Notes: generated from the sequence alone by a model not told the origin. Numbered from the whole stretch's first letter, positions 11,575-23,700 are shown. The stretch: 59,064 nt of DNA, filler included, from 3 parts of 3 records of this genome joined end to end with filler, not necessarily neighbours in it, one strand, 5' to 3'. A program made the numbers and translations.

Positions 11575-12732
11575 ATGCAGCCGATTACATCTTCTAACGA
11601 CTTAGCAGACTTATGCGACCGTCTAAAAACAGCAGAATTTGTCACTGTTGATACCGAATTTCTTCGGGATAGCAGCTATTATTCTAAGCTTTGCCTAATT
11701 CAAATAGCAGATGACGATGGTGCTTTTGCCATTGATCCTTTGGCTGAAGGCCTTGATCTTGCGCCATTCTTTGACCTGATGGCTAATGAAAATGTTGTCA
11801 AAGTTCTTCACGCCTGCAGGCAAGACCTAGAAATTTTCGTAAATATGGTCAACCAACTTCCGACACCGATTTTTGATACGCAAGTAGCCGCAATGGTCTG
11901 TGGCTTTGGTGATTCGGTTGGATATGAAACGTTGGTGAATAAAATTACAGGCGGACAACTTGATAAATCTGCCCGTTACACTGATTGGTCCAAGCGTCCT
12001 CTCAGCGACAAACAACTGAGTTATGCGCTCGGCGATGTTACCTATCTTCGCACCATATACCGTAAGCTGAAAAGTGAATTGGAAAAAACGGGACGCGAAA
12101 GCTGGGTTGAAGAAGAGATGGCTCCGTACAAAGAAACCAGTCTTTACGTTGTTGAACCAAAGGAAGCATGGAAACGCCTTAAAGTTCGAACCAATAAGCC
12201 TCGTTTCCTTGGCGTTTTGCAGTGCCTCGCGGAATGGCGGGAAACCGAAGCCCAGCAAAGAGACATTCCCCGCAACCGTGTTGCGAAAGACGAAACCTTA
12301 TTCGAAATTGCTGCACACCCTCCTAAAGATGCTAACCAGTTGGATCGCCTTCGCGGCGTTCCAAATGGCTTTGGCCGGTCGCGCGCGGGCAAAAGCTTAA
12401 TGGAAGCCCTTGATAACGGGCTTAATTTACCAGAATCAGAACTCCCTCAACTAGCGCGAGCCAAACCCCGGCCTGCAACGCCCCCAATGGCCGACCTTTT
12501 GAAGGTTCTTCTAAAAATTAAATGCGAACAGGCAAAGGTTGCAGCTCGCATGGTTGCAAGTGCACAAGAGTTAGAGCAATGGGCTGCAGAACCTCACAAA
12601 ACTGACCTGCGTGCATTCCATGGCTGGCGCAATGATATATTTGGTAAAGATGCAAAAAAATTAATGACCGGCGACTTAGCTCTGACCGCAAATAACGGCA
12701 GCATCGAAGTTGTTGAGTTAGAAAGCGAATAA
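11575..12732 (+). CDS. rnd: Ribonuclease D
   Basis: DTEF exonuclease motif, FDTQVAA, DWSKRPL, YALGDV, HRDC domain, GWR. Confidence 0.96.
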   Translation: MQPITSSNDLADLCDRLKTAEFVTVDTEFLRDSSYYSKLCLIQIADDDGAFAIDPLAEGLDLAPFFDLMANENVVKVLHACRQDLEIFVNMVNQLPTPIFDTQVAAMVCGFGDSVGYETLVNKITGGQLDKSARYTDWSKRPLSDKQLSYALGDVTYLRTIYRKLKSELEKTGRESWVEEEMAPYKETSLYVVEPKEAWKRLKVRTNKPRFLGVLQCLAEWRETEAQQRDIPRNRVAKDETLFEIAAHPPKDANQLDRLRGVPNGFGRSRAGKSLMEALDNGLNLPESELPQLARAKPRPATPPMADLLKVLLKIKCEQAKVAARMVASAQELEQWAAEPHKTDLRAFHGWRNDIFGKDAKKLMTGDLALTANNGSIEVVELESE

Positions 12733-12748
12733 GTTGTTATTTGCTTAA

Positions 12749-14809
12749 TTACCGCGCCCTAATAACATCTATGCTTTCAAGCGCGGACAAGTAGCTAACC
12801 AAGTCATCTAATGCTACTGAGCCGTATACCAACGTCATCCAATCGTGAATGTCCTGTATCGTTTTAACACCATCAACGAGATTTAACGCCTCATAAGCTT
12901 TTTCGCCGGTTAAGGTCAATTTTGCATGATTTTCAGGGTCCAACTTATCTTCGAGATAACTGTACCCAAACCCATTCATCGGGCCTTCGATAGCAGCGTT
13001 TCGCTGGTAAACACGGGCTTCAATGCCTTTTGGTTCGCTTTTGACTACATCTCCACCAACAAGTGCGGCTAAACTTAATAGAAAAGCCGAAGCGTTTGTT
13101 CTTTGGGCAGAGGTAAGCTTTGCAAACTTTTCAAGGCTGTCGATCTTCAAGTTTTCATTTTCGATGAGCATTCTAAGGCGTGTTTCATGCTGCATATTGG
13201 AGGCCCTAAAAGGCTCAAAACCAATCATAGCAGCCTGTTTGAAAGTATCCTGTTTCAAAACTTCAAGCATAGGTTTAACGCCGTGTGTATCCAAATTAGC
13301 TAAATACCATGCGGTTGTCAGACCAATGAATGCGGCCCTTTTCAGCTTGGTTGGGTCTATCATAGCGGCAGTGTCAAAGTTTGTATGAATATAGCGATCA
13401 GGCCAATCATGCATATAGATGCCCGGAATTCCCCACGTGCCTTCAGAAAAAATTTGATGGTCGCTCCCCATGGAAAATGGCATCATCAGTGCCATTTGAG
13501 GTTCTTTGCCACCATCTTGAGCCACAAGAGGAAAGGCTGTTTGATCGCCACTGGCATACGCCAAACTATGCCGATTAACAAATTCACCAAAATATTGCCC
13601 AACAGCCGGTATAAAACTAGGAATACTGGTCGGTGAACCCGCTATTCTGAATATTGATTTCGTTTCCGGGTTACCGCCAACCATATCCATGTGAATGTTG
13701 GCTTTAATCCTTCTCGCCATTTCTGGACGCGCGTTTAGAAATATGATGCTGCCTTCAATTTCTGCGGGCCAAATGAATCTAATTGTGCGCTTTGGCGGCT
13801 GTATACTGCCCTCATCAATCATTTTTCTAAGTGTTCGGGCTGCTTCCAAGATTGCAACACAACCAGAAGCGTTGTCATTGGCGCCAGGGCGTGGATGGTC
13901 CAAATGGCAAGTGAATGCAATTTCCTGTTCACGCAGCACAGGGTCACTACCATCAATCGCTGCCGTGATTAGCTGATATTTTCCCGGCCTATGATAAGCT
14001 TCAATTTTAGCGTCAAGCCTAACATCTTGTCCGCTTTCCAACTTTTCTTGCAAACGTCGCGCTTCACCGAGCGAAATCATAAAACCAAAGGTTTTCGAAT
14101 TTTCTTCCGGGAAAGAGGACAAATGGCCCCACCTTACTAATCGGTCATCTTCCTTCCACCAAGCTGTGCGCTGATTTGGGGCGTATGAGACAATACCAGC
14201 AGCTTTGTATTTGCCGACGGCCAAATCAGCAATAGCGCCAGGTTGACTACCGGTTAATACGAGCTTTCCCGCAATATCCCTGCCTTGATAATCACTATCC
14301 TTCAATCCTGTCCCAACATCTATTAAGGTAGTTGTAACTGCGCCAGAAAGACTATCTTGGGCCACGCTTAGAGGTACGGCCTCCCAACTAGCCAATCGCC
14401 TTTGCTTTTCCCCGTCATCACCTAATAGCCATAATTCCGCAAAGTCCACATCCCAAGCCATCCGTGATTTCTGAGTGCCAAACATGGTCTTGCCGTCGGC
14501 AGGAAACTCCATAACTTCAGCATTTTCGTAGCCATATGAATTCAGTGCATTAAACATATGTTCGACAGCTTTGCCATACTGGCGGCTTGCTCGCGTTCTA
14601 TGGTATAAGGTGATTTGATCAAGATTTCGCTTAGCTGCGGTACCCGAAACTTCCTCGGCAAATTGTTTCATCACTGGTAGTGGAAGTAATTCCGGATCAG
14701 ACGCCAGCGCAGTACCATGCCCAAGAAAGCTACCTATAAATACTGTTAAAATGGTAAAAGCAGCCAAGCGGCATTGTTCTCTGAGGCGCGCAAAAATCAC
14801 TGATTTCAT
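12749..14809 (-). CDS. Secreted M28-family metallo-aminopeptidase (DUF4910-like) with a PA-type insert
   Basis: Signal peptide ending ALA; HLDH..GANDNASG, AEIEGS, DMVG, GSDH and YIHT..D metal-ligand pattern. Confidence 0.85.
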   Translation of the reverse strand: MKSVIFARLREQCRLAAFTILTVFIGSFLGHGTALASDPELLPLPVMKQFAEEVSGTAAKRNLDQITLYHRTRASRQYGKAVEHMFNALNSYGYENAEVMEFPADGKTMFGTQKSRMAWDVDFAELWLLGDDGEKQRRLASWEAVPLSVAQDSLSGAVTTTLIDVGTGLKDSDYQGRDIAGKLVLTGSQPGAIADLAVGKYKAAGIVSYAPNQRTAWWKEDDRLVRWGHLSSFPEENSKTFGFMISLGEARRLQEKLESGQDVRLDAKIEAYHRPGKYQLITAAIDGSDPVLREQEIAFTCHLDHPRPGANDNASGCVAILEAARTLRKMIDEGSIQPPKRTIRFIWPAEIEGSIIFLNARPEMARRIKANIHMDMVGGNPETKSIFRIAGSPTSIPSFIPAVGQYFGEFVNRHSLAYASGDQTAFPLVAQDGGKEPQMALMMPFSMGSDHQIFSEGTWGIPGIYMHDWPDRYIHTNFDTAAMIDPTKLKRAAFIGLTTAWYLANLDTHGVKPMLEVLKQDTFKQAAMIGFEPFRASNMQHETRLRMLIENENLKIDSLEKFAKLTSAQRTNASAFLLSLAALVGGDVVKSEPKGIEARVYQRNAAIEGPMNGFGYSYLEDKLDPENHAKLTLTGEKAYEALNLVDGVKTIQDIHDWMTLVYGSVALDDLVSYLSALESIDVIRAR

Positions 14810-14865
14810 CTCATTTCCTTCGTATGCAATAATATGGCTTCTATTTTGATGATTAGCCTATTTTA

Positions 14866-16386
14866 CTAACCCACTGAAATTTCGTCGAGTTCGGGTGGGA
14901 ACTCAATCGCTGAACTACGACCCATCAGTCGCGCTAAATGGGAAAGCCTTTTTTCAACCACCTCGTTTGCAATATCCCGGTAGTGAGACGGCACACCAAG
15001 CCACAGGTATTTTTTGGTAACGCGCAACTGCGAAACCATAAGGGCAGCAACTGTTCCCCCAGAAAGGCGCTGCGCTAAACGTAGGGCTGCACCCATCATG
15101 CGAGCCTCTGTGATTGCTCTAACCGGCAGTAATGAAAGTATTTGCACAATATGCGGTGCGTCAACTGGCGCACCATATGCTTGGTTAAGTGCAACAGCGA
15201 TATAAGCCCGTTCAGAATGGCTTATCCCGACAAAATTGCCGTGTAACACGCTTTCAACCGCTTTTTCCGCCCGAAAGTCAGGATGTCCACGCCAGGCAAT
15301 ATCCCCTAACAAGCAAATTGCCATGTGTAGTTTCGTTCGCTGATGGCTATTTTCTGGGCTGGTAAACAGCGGCCGCGACCAATCAAAAATCACTTCCGCA
15401 TGTTCTGCAAAACGGCAGCGTTCATCCGCCAAAACTCGGCACGTATGAATGAACGGGTCCATTTGCTGCTCGGACTTTGATAATGTATCAAATATCAACC
15501 CCTCCCGAAGTCCATAAGCAGAAATAGTGGCGTTCGCCGCCTTCATTTCGTTCAGCAGTTCTTGCAAAATAATCGATGCGACCGGCAGTATCTCACGGCG
15601 GCGCTGCGCTAAATTAGCGCCAAATGGGATATTTTCTGCATCCATCTGGCTGATACGTTTACAGAAGTTTACCATATCGCTTCTGCCAACAGAAAACCCA
15701 TGCAAAATAGGTAACGGGTGGAATTTCTCTGCCATCATCAGTTTTGCAAGGTTTCGCCATGCCCCACCAACCATGTATAGATTGTTGCTCCTAGCGCCTT
15801 TTAGCCAAGGAATGTCTCGAAATTCACTTTGTAAGTGCTTTTTAATTAGATCCGTATTTGAACCAAAACGGCTAATCAGCCTTAATGGCCCTAAAGGAAT
15901 GCTTTTAGTGTTAATGATATTGCCGTCTTGAATTTGGGCTAGTTCAAGTGATCCGCCGCCAAGGTCACCCATTATGCCTGTAGCTGTTGGTTCACCTGAT
16001 AAAACACCGAGCCCTGACAGCCGGCCCTCTTCTTCCCCTTGAATCACATTAATTTTGAACCCTGTTTCATCCAGAATCCGGTCGGCAAATTCAGGGCCAT
16101 TTTTCGCATCACGAACCGCCGCGGTGGCAACTACCAAAGTTTCTGCAACCTGCATTTGGTCACAAAGTGCCTTAAAGCGCTTCATAGTGGACATAGCCGC
16201 CTCTATGGCCTTATCACCCATGTTTCCAGTGGCACCAACCTGTGACCCAAGGCCGCACATTATTTTTTCGTTGAAAACTGTTGCTGGAACACGCGTACGA
16301 CCAGAGAACACGACTAATCGGACAGAATTAGAGCCAATATCGATAACGGCGAGATAATTGCTCTGGCCGTCATGAATATCATCCAT
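14866..16386 (-). CDS. ppx: Exopolyphosphatase, Ppx/GppA family
   Basis: IDIGSNSVRLVV, ATAAVRDA, DLGGGSLE and GLREG; coupled to ppk. Confidence 0.95.
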   Translation of the reverse strand: MDDIHDGQSNYLAVIDIGSNSVRLVVFSGRTRVPATVFNEKIMCGLGSQVGATGNMGDKAIEAAMSTMKRFKALCDQMQVAETLVVATAAVRDAKNGPEFADRILDETGFKINVIQGEEEGRLSGLGVLSGEPTATGIMGDLGGGSLELAQIQDGNIINTKSIPLGPLRLISRFGSNTDLIKKHLQSEFRDIPWLKGARSNNLYMVGGAWRNLAKLMMAEKFHPLPILHGFSVGRSDMVNFCKRISQMDAENIPFGANLAQRRREILPVASIILQELLNEMKAANATISAYGLREGLIFDTLSKSEQQMDPFIHTCRVLADERCRFAEHAEVIFDWSRPLFTSPENSHQRTKLHMAICLLGDIAWRGHPDFRAEKAVESVLHGNFVGISHSERAYIAVALNQAYGAPVDAPHIVQILSLLPVRAITEARMMGAALRLAQRLSGGTVAALMVSQLRVTKKYLWLGVPSHYRDIANEVVEKRLSHLARLMGRSSAIEFPPELDEISVG

Positions 16387-18614
16387 TATGAAGTTCCCAA
16401 GTCATAGGCCATAAGAGGCTCTACAGGCGCATCATCTCCAATCGCCGTTCCTCGGCCAGATAATGATGAGTTGTTCATGAAGTAATGGTGAGCGGAAAAC
16501 ACTTCTTCGCCTTCAACCACTTGATATTTTTCAAAGAACCCATCCGCGTTCATTAGCCATGTTTGAGCATTGTCTTTCAAATTCGCTGCCATCACTTGGC
16601 CCATTATTTGGTCATGAACAGTAGGGTTCTCGATAGGCACAAGTGTTTCCACACGCCTGTTCAAATTACGCGGCATCCAGTCAGCGGAAGAAATGAAAAC
16701 CTTTGCTTGCCTTGATGGCAGGCCATGCCCGTTACCAAAGCAGCAAATACGCGCATGCTCAAGGAAACGACCTACTATTGAACGCACGCGAATATTCTCG
16801 CTTAAACCGGGAATACCGGGCCTGAGAGTACAGATGCCGCGAATGATAAGCTCAACTTGCACATTATTACGAGAAGCTTCATACAGTTTGTCGATAATTT
16901 CGCTATCTAACAATGAATTGAGTTTCACCCATATCACAGCAGGCTTACCTGCCTTTGCAAACTCAATTTCCTTGTCGATCAACTGCACGAGTTGATCGCG
17001 TAAACTAAAGGGCGATAGCACCAATTTTTCTAGTGCAACGGGCTCAATATAGCCTGTTAAATAGTTAAACATTTTGTTGGCATCGCGTGCCAGCGCTTGA
17101 TCAGCAGTGAAAAAAGATAAATCTGTATAAATACGTGCGGTAATTGGATGATAATTACCAGTTCCGAAGTGCAAATAGCTTAACAGTTTACCCTTCTCTC
17201 GCCGCATAACCATTGAGACCTTGCCATGGGTTTTTAGGTCAATGGACCCAAATACTACGTGAACACCGGCCCTTTCTAGATCTCGCGCCCATTTAATATT
17301 CTGTTCTTCATCGAACCGTGCCTTTAACTCAACCACTGCTGTCACCGCTTTACCAGCCTCAGCAGCTTCAATGAGAGCGCCAATGATTAGTGACTGAGAC
17401 CCGGCCCGGTATAGTGTTTGTTTAATGGCAACCACATCTGGATCACGCGCAGCCTGACGAAGAAACAGATGCACAACTTCAAAAGACTCGTATGGGTGAT
17501 GTACAACAAAGTCTTTTGCAGCAATTGCTTTGAATATATCCCCGCTAAAGTCCCTAACCCTTTCAGGATAGCGCGGGTTATAGGGCTTGAAGAGAAGGTC
17601 GGGCCTATCGTCAACAATCAACTGCGTGGTTTCGTTGATGCCAAGAATGCCGTCAACAACAACCACTGCATCGTTATCTGCACCCAGCTTGGTGATAATA
17701 TTTTTACGCAAGGACTTCGGCATACTTTTTTCGACTTTTAGCCGAATAACGCGGCCACGTTTGCGGCGCTTGAGAGCGCTTTCAAATACACGCACCAAAT
17801 CCTCGGCTTCTTCTTCAATTTCGATGTCACTGTCACGAATAACTCTAAAAACGCCGCAGCCCTTAACTTTATAACCTGGGAATAACTCTTTTAGAAACAT
17901 GCCCAACATGCGCTCTAGGGAAATGAACCGTATGCTCTCGCCCTCTGGCAAGCGAATGAAACGTTTTAAATGATTGGGTAAGGGTAAAAGGGCTACCATC
18001 GCTTCACCGTCACGGTCACGCTTTAACGACACCCCCATAGTGAACCCTAGATTGGGTATGAACGGAAATGGATGTGCCGGGTCAACAGCAATGGGTGTAA
18101 GAACTGGTAATATATTTTCGTAAAAATACGCCCGTATCCAGGCTGCTTCAGTCTTTGAAACGTCATCTGAATCAAGGATAAATATGCCCTCAGCGCGCAT
18201 TTCATCTAATAATGATGCCCAAATTATTTGCTGCTTTTTCATCAGTTCTTCAGCAACAGTATTAACTTGAGTAAGCTGTTGAAATGGGGTCAATCCGTCA
18301 TCCGAGAGTACTTCAACACGGGCATCACATTGAGCCCGCAAACCCGCAACCCGCACCATATAGAATTCATCTAGGTTGTTGCCTGATATGGACAAGAAAC
18401 GCATACGTTCCAGCAAAGGGTGCTTCAAGTTACCCGCTTCCTCTAAAACCCGAAGGTTGAACTGCAACCAGCTAACTTCACGGTTTAAAAAACGTTCATG
18501 AGCGGGAAATGAATAAATTGGTTGAGCAATTTCCGGCGCTTTACCACCAGAGCCTTTAGGATCATTGGTGGTGTTCGGCTTTTCTGCCATAGTCGTTTTT
18601 CCGCCGTCAGCCAC
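16386..18614 (-). CDS. ppk: Polyphosphate kinase 1
   Basis: [43 protein letters not shown] and GRFLEH; alternative ATG at 18590. Confidence 0.98.
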   Translation of the reverse strand: MADGGKTTMAEKPNTTNDPKGSGGKAPEIAQPIYSFPAHERFLNREVSWLQFNLRVLEEAGNLKHPLLERMRFLSISGNNLDEFYMVRVAGLRAQCDARVEVLSDDGLTPFQQLTQVNTVAEELMKKQQIIWASLLDEMRAEGIFILDSDDVSKTEAAWIRAYFYENILPVLTPIAVDPAHPFPFIPNLGFTMGVSLKRDRDGEAMVALLPLPNHLKRFIRLPEGESIRFISLERMLGMFLKELFPGYKVKGCGVFRVIRDSDIEIEEEAEDLVRVFESALKRRKRGRVIRLKVEKSMPKSLRKNIITKLGADNDAVVVVDGILGINETTQLIVDDRPDLLFKPYNPRYPERVRDFSGDIFKAIAAKDFVVHHPYESFEVVHLFLRQAARDPDVVAIKQTLYRAGSQSLIIGALIEAAEAGKAVTAVVELKARFDEEQNIKWARDLERAGVHVVFGSIDLKTHGKVSMVMRREKGKLLSYLHFGTGNYHPITARIYTDLSFFTADQALARDANKMFNYLTGYIEPVALEKLVLSPFSLRDQLVQLIDKEIEFAKAGKPAVIWVKLNSLLDSEIIDKLYEASRNNVQVELIIRGICTLRPGIPGLSENIRVRSIVGRFLEHARICCFGNGHGLPSRQAKVFISSADWMPRNLNRRVETLVPIENPTVHDQIMGQVMAANLKDNAQTWLMNADGFFEKYQVVEGEEVFSAHHYFMNNSSLSGRGTAIGDDAPVEPLMAYDLGTS

Positions 18615-18722
18615 CCTAAAGCTCCAAAATTCTTACTATTTATCTATAGTTACAAAAAAAATGTGACATTTCAACTTTGTCACATAAGGAAGAATGTCTG
18701 TGATCGTATTAAACGATAGGGT

Positions 18723-19397
18723 TTACATCCCCTCAAGGCACGTTCTCAGAAGTGTCTTCGTGATCTTGCGCTTTTCAGCCAAAGCCGTTTTGTCAACAAG
18801 GTCTACTAGCCGTAGTGCAGCAGAAAATGAACGTTCCATCTGATTCACAGCATAATTTAATACATTAATATTAACCTGTAACTGTCTGTCAGAAAATAAT
18901 TTTACCAACACTACTAAAAGCAATTCATCATCCGGCTCTTCAATAACGGCAACCTGCGCCGTACCAAGCCTTGATACAAGGTCTGGTAACTTGCGCCCCC
19001 ATCTGCCTGGCGCAGTGTCTGCTGTAACCACCAATTTTGCTTTAATTTCTTTAGTCCAATTGAATAAATGAAACAAATAGTCGTCAGAAAATGAGAATTT
19101 ACCCTGCTTATCAAGCTGGTTGATGTCATCTATAATATAGCAAAGGCCAGACTCTAGCGCAGACACATCAGTTTCTGGAGCAATTGCTAAGGCACCATTT
19201 TCTTTGCCCCAACCATGCAACAAATGTGATTTACCAGACCCGGAAGGCCCAATGAGGGCGCCAAAATGGCTGTTAGTTTCGATAAAATTGTTAAGAAACT
19301 GAAATGCTACAGAATTTGATGACGAAACTATAAAGTCAGCTAGGTCAAAGCTAACAGGGTGCCTTAAATTTAAAGGAATTTGTTCACTGTTGGGCAT
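18723..19397 (-). CDS. hdaA: DnaA-like AAA+ protein HdaA
   Basis: N-terminal clamp-binding-like QIPLNL, Walker A GPSGSGKSHL, PDLVSRL, LFSDRQL. Confidence 0.88.
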   Translation of the reverse strand: MPNSEQIPLNLRHPVSFDLADFIVSSSNSVAFQFLNNFIETNSHFGALIGPSGSGKSHLLHGWGKENGALAIAPETDVSALESGLCYIIDDINQLDKQGKFSFSDDYLFHLFNWTKEIKAKLVVTADTAPGRWGRKLPDLVSRLGTAQVAVIEEPDDELLLVVLVKLFSDRQLQVNINVLNYAVNQMERSFSAALRLVDLVDKTALAEKRKITKTLLRTCLEGM

Positions 19398-20548
19398 CAG
19401 GTTTCCGCTTTACCTATTATTTCTTCTTGCTCAGTGGTCTCTTTGTCAGTCGAATTGTTTTCGCGCTTTTTTATAGCAATCCCTTGTGCAGCCTCATCAA
19501 TAACCGTTTCAGTGTCTTGATAATGTTCCAGATAGCGCTCAATCCAATAACGCACCAACACAGCAATGGCGGCGGCGGCAGGCACGGCAATCAAAACACC
19601 AACAAAGCCCATAATTTCTCCGCCAGCAAAGACTGCAAACAACACCCAAACAGGATGCAAACCAACCCGTTCGCCCACTAGTCTAGGCGTTAAAAAAGCA
19701 CTTTCAATTGTTTGTACAATGAAAAATACACCGGCAACTGCCCCTACTTGCATAGGGTCAAAGCCCCACTGCCCGATAGCCATAGCGATGGCAACCAATG
19801 CTGCAAAAAGTGCCCCTACAAAAGGCACAAAAGACATGACCCCAGCTAGTACACCCAATATGACACCAAAATTAAGTCCTGCAACAGACCAACCAATACC
19901 GTACAGCACGCCCATGGTGGTGCTTACTAACAATTGCCCGCGAACGAAGCCTGCCAGCACTTCGTCCACCTTTTTCATTTGCTCTCGAACGACGTCACCA
20001 CCAGAAGAAGGCAGCCAGCTGTCAACTTTAGCGACAAGCAAGTCCCAGTCACGCAGCAAATAGAAGGCCACTACGGGCGATATTAGCATGAGTGTAAGAA
20101 GGTTGAAAAAGGCCAAACCGCCCTTCAAAGCCCCGGTTGCAGCCGCTCTGGCTTGAGACAATAAACCGTCTGAAAAAGTTGAAAGTAAGCTGTCAACATC
20201 AGAACCTAGGTCAACCCCGTAATCATCCATCAAAGTGGCTAAAAACTGGTTAAGCCATGGCCTAAAATTAGCGAGTGTTTTTGGCAATTGCTCGGAAACT
20301 GCAACGAGTTGGGTTTGTAGAATGGGCCAGAACGCCAATACAACGCCAACAATTAGTAGAAAAAACAATGTGATAACAATAGCGGACGCAATACCCCTTG
20401 GCACTTTCCATGTCTCAAAACGATCTGCAACTGGGTCGAGGAAATAGGCGATGGCTAAACCCGCCAAGAACGGCAATAAAACACCGCGTGTTAAATAAAC
20501 CAACAAAGCAGTAATTAAAATACTACCTATCCAAACCCACCTATTCAC
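19397..20548 (-). CDS. AI-2E family transporter (PerM-like)
   Basis: LLPF..G.AIAY.LDP, FVRGQ, LTPRLVG..VGLHPVW; usual context of purM and hda. Confidence 0.92.
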   Translation of the reverse strand: MNRWVWIGSILITALLVYLTRGVLLPFLAGLAIAYFLDPVADRFETWKVPRGIASAIVITLFFLLIVGVVLAFWPILQTQLVAVSEQLPKTLANFRPWLNQFLATLMDDYGVDLGSDVDSLLSTFSDGLLSQARAAATGALKGGLAFFNLLTLMLISPVVAFYLLRDWDLLVAKVDSWLPSSGGDVVREQMKKVDEVLAGFVRGQLLVSTTMGVLYGIGWSVAGLNFGVILGVLAGVMSFVPFVGALFAALVAIAMAIGQWGFDPMQVGAVAGVFFIVQTIESAFLTPRLVGERVGLHPVWVLFAVFAGGEIMGFVGVLIAVPAAAAIAVLVRYWIERYLEHYQDTETVIDEAAQGIAIKKRENNSTDKETTEQEEIIGKAET

Positions 20549-20636
20549 GCCATTCCCCCTGAAATGATTTTTCTTTAACTAAACCCGAAAGAGAATACCA
20601 AAACCAATAAAAACAATAGTTATGATGTTCAGGTGT

Positions 20637-21767
20637 CTAGTTTCGCAATTCCAACATTAGTTGTGTACCAAATGGCTTCAGGTCAAGGCCCTCAAACCGC
20701 AGAGCAAGCGCCAACTGTTCCTCGCGGCCTGTATAACGCAGATAATAATGACTCAATGGAATACCAACTTTACGCGCTTCATATGATTGCACCAGTGTTA
20801 CCGCCGAAAGCCGCCGCTCAACTTCTGCAATGTCATCTAACAACACACTTGGCACAACAACATTAAGTTCGCCCTGCCTTCCAGTGTCCACCAACAATAA
20901 TTCGCGCCATGCACCGTCTATTATTTCAAGTACATGGTCGAACATAGCCACCAGAGCGGCTTGCTCGTCGCCCTCTATTATAGGTATTACCTCAGAGCCA
21001 AAAACACCGCTATCCGTAGCGACGAATTCAAATTTCAACACCTGCGCGCCGTTTTCTGATCGTTCCTGCCGCGAGCTGATCATAACCGCAGAGTTTAAGG
21101 CGTTTATTTGTCCAATTTTCTGTGCGACTTCAGGGTTTAAGCTTTGCACTTCAGAAGCAGTGATAGCTAATCGCTCTTTAATCTCACCACGCGCGAATCT
21201 ATAGCCTCGAATACGGTTAACCCAGTCAACCTCAGCGCGCGCTTGCGATATAATAGGGTCATTTTCCCATAAAAACTTCGACAGACCGCGCTGATGCGCA
21301 TGTAAAACCAAAATAGGTCGGCCGGTGCCGAGCACGTGAGGAACATTGTAACTCGCTAAAAACTCACTAACCCGGTCAGGTTCAAACCCTACATTCATTG
21401 TAGCTAGATAGCGCCGTGATGAGGTTTGCTCTTCAACAATTTCAATACCTCTGATCAAGGCTTGCCGTTCAACAACACTCAAATCTGGCAGCATACCCCG
21501 GTCTTGAATTTGAGTTATTTTCCGCAAAAGCTTTTGATATGCTTCTTCTTCAGCTTTCAATATTGCGACTTGACGGGCACGGCTTGCACTTGAAGCCACC
21601 TCGTCCAACTTAATGTCCCGTATCGTAAATAGTTGGTCCAACGTCGTGTCCTGACGCGCATGCACCTTCAACGACACCGCAAGAAGCGGCATACCTATAA
21701 TTATCAGCAAGAAAACGTGTGATAACGAAGCATTATATTTTGGTAGGTTTAGCATAAGGACTTTCAT
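20637..21767 (-). CDS. Exported DUF2066-like protein
   Basis: Signal peptide, A..AR..A...A...A pattern, Y.A...V.F; divergent from purM as is typical in alphaproteobacteria. Confidence 0.7.
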   Translation of the reverse strand: MKVLMLNLPKYNASLSHVFLLIIIGMPLLAVSLKVHARQDTTLDQLFTIRDIKLDEVASSASRARQVAILKAEEEAYQKLLRKITQIQDRGMLPDLSVVERQALIRGIEIVEEQTSSRRYLATMNVGFEPDRVSEFLASYNVPHVLGTGRPILVLHAHQRGLSKFLWENDPIISQARAEVDWVNRIRGYRFARGEIKERLAITASEVQSLNPEVAQKIGQINALNSAVMISSRQERSENGAQVLKFEFVATDSGVFGSEVIPIIEGDEQAALVAMFDHVLEIIDGAWRELLLVDTGRQGELNVVVPSVLLDDIAEVERRLSAVTLVQSYEARKVGIPLSHYYLRYTGREEQLALALRFEGLDLKPFGTQLMLELRN

Positions 21768-21887
21768 ATCATCTTGCGCGCTACTATAACGCCCCTATGA
21801 GTAATTACGAGACCAAAAGGCCAACGATAGTCAAGGTACTATGATTTAATCAGTAATATGCCAAAATCATGGCAGAGCGAGCATTGA

Positions 21888-22991
21888 ATGACAGATTTAA
21901 AGCAGCCATACACATATAAACAGGCAGGCGTAGACATCGACGCTGGAGATGCGCTCGTAAACAATATTAAACCGCTTGCGGCCAGCACTAAACGCAGCGG
22001 CGCAGACGCAGACTTGGGTGGCTTTGGTGGCCTTTTCGATCTTAAGGCAGCTGGCTATACTGACCCGATATTAGTTGCAGCTAATGATGGTGTTGGCACG
22101 AAGCTGAAGGTCGCGATTGATGCGGGCATCCATAACACTGTTGGCATAGATTTAGTAGCCATGTGTGTAAACGATTTGGTGGTTCAGGGTGCTGAACCCT
22201 TGTTTTTTCTCGACTACATGGCAACTGGCCACCTCAATGTTGAGCAAATGACCCATGTAGTCGCTGGCATTGCTGAGGGTTGCAAGCAAGCAGGTTGTGC
22301 CCTTATTGGCGGCGAAACAGCGGAAATGCCTGGCATGTACCAAGGCGCAGACTATGATTTAGCAGGCTTCAGTGTAGGGGCTGCTGAACGCGGTACCCTG
22401 CTCGATGGCTCAACCATAAAAGCCGGCGATGTTATTTTAGGCCTCATGTCCAGCGGTCCACATTCAAACGGCTATTCCCTCATTCGCAGGCTAGTCTCCG
22501 GCGAAGGGCATAAATACGGCGATAAAGCCCCTTTCGCGGAAACAACACTGGGGGACGTCCTTCTCGCGCCTACTAAAATTTACGTTAAAAGCACGCTTGC
22601 CGCGATTAAAGCCAACCTTGTAAAAGGCTTATCACATATCACGGGCGGCGGTTTTCTGGAAAACATCCCTCGCATTATGCCAGATGGCTTGGTCGCAGAA
22701 ATTGACAGTGGACAATGGGAACTACCCGACGTTTTTAAATGGCTCCAACAGCAAGGTAATATTGAAACTCGTGAAATGGCACGTACCTTCAATTGTGGCA
22801 TCGGCATGGTTGTGATTGTATCGCCAGAAGATGCTATTGAGGCACAGAATGTCTTAACGGCTAAAGGCGAAAAGGTTGTTGTGCTCGGCGAAATTCTACC
22901 TGGCAGCGGGCCAGCAAAATGTCATATTCATGGTAAGGCGGGGACCTGGGGCTCAGGCGCAAATTGGTCTGCAACAACGGGCGACCTCTAG
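21888..22991 (+). CDS. purM: Phosphoribosylformylglycinamidine cyclo-ligase
   Basis: [39 protein letters not shown] and HITGGG. Confidence 0.99.
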   Translation: MTDLKQPYTYKQAGVDIDAGDALVNNIKPLAASTKRSGADADLGGFGGLFDLKAAGYTDPILVAANDGVGTKLKVAIDAGIHNTVGIDLVAMCVNDLVVQGAEPLFFLDYMATGHLNVEQMTHVVAGIAEGCKQAGCALIGGETAEMPGMYQGADYDLAGFSVGAAERGTLLDGSTIKAGDVILGLMSSGPHSNGYSLIRRLVSGEGHKYGDKAPFAETTLGDVLLAPTKIYVKSTLAAIKANLVKGLSHITGGGFLENIPRIMPDGLVAEIDSGQWELPDVFKWLQQQGNIETREMARTFNCGIGMVVIVSPEDAIEAQNVLTAKGEKVVVLGEILPGSGPAKCHIHGKAGTWGSGANWSATTGDL

Positions 22992-22993
22992 AT

Positions 22994-23600
22994 ATGCGGA
23001 AACTTAAACTTGGCGTTATGATTTCAGGCAGCGGGACAAACCTGCAAGCCTTGATTGATGCTTGCACGAAAAGTGATTATCCCGCCGAAATATCAATCGT
23101 AATCGCTAACCGACCTGATGCATTTGGTTTGGAGCGTGCCCAAAAAGCCGGAATAAATACCCAATGCATTGACCACAAAGAATTTGCCGACCGTGATAAG
23201 TTTGAAGATGCAGTTCACACCTGCCTTGTGGAAAAAAACGTTGAACTGGTTTGCTTAGCTGGTTTTATGCGCATTCTAAATGCCAGCTTTGTTAATCGAT
23301 GGAAAGACAGGATGATTAACATCCACCCTTCACTTTTGCCATCATACAAGGGTTTGCACACCCACGCTCGCGCCATTGAAGACGGCGTGCGCTTTGGAGG
23401 GTGTACAATCCATTATGTTCGCCCGGAAATGGATGACGGCCCCATTATTATGCAAGCAGCTGTGCCAATTTCGACTGATGAGACTGAAAAAAGCCTGGCC
23501 GAAAAAGTTTTGCAATATGAGCACAAAATTTATCCGGCAGCCGTTCGCCTTATAGCTGAGGGAAAAGTCAGGGTTTCTGCGCGTAAATGCGTATTTAAAA
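22994..23600 (+). CDS. purN: Phosphoribosylglycinamide formyltransferase (truncated at contig end)
   Basis: ISGSGTNLQALI, LAGFMRIL, INIHPSLLP and DDGPII. Confidence 0.97.
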
Positions 23601-23700
23601 NNNNNNNNNNNNNNNNNNNNNNNNNNNNNNNNNNNNNNNNNNNNTTAATTAATTAANNNNNNNNNNNNNNNNNNNNNNNNNNNNNNNNNNNNNNNNNNNN
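23601..23700. other. Artificial contig-joining spacer
   Basis: N44-TTAATTAATTAA-N44, with stops in all six frames; sequence character changes across it. Confidence 0.97.

Noticed and set aside
23645-23656. TTAATTAATTAA palindrome, repeated at 45006-45017
   Set aside because: Embedded in N-runs of identical length; a synthetic six-frame-stop linker, not biology
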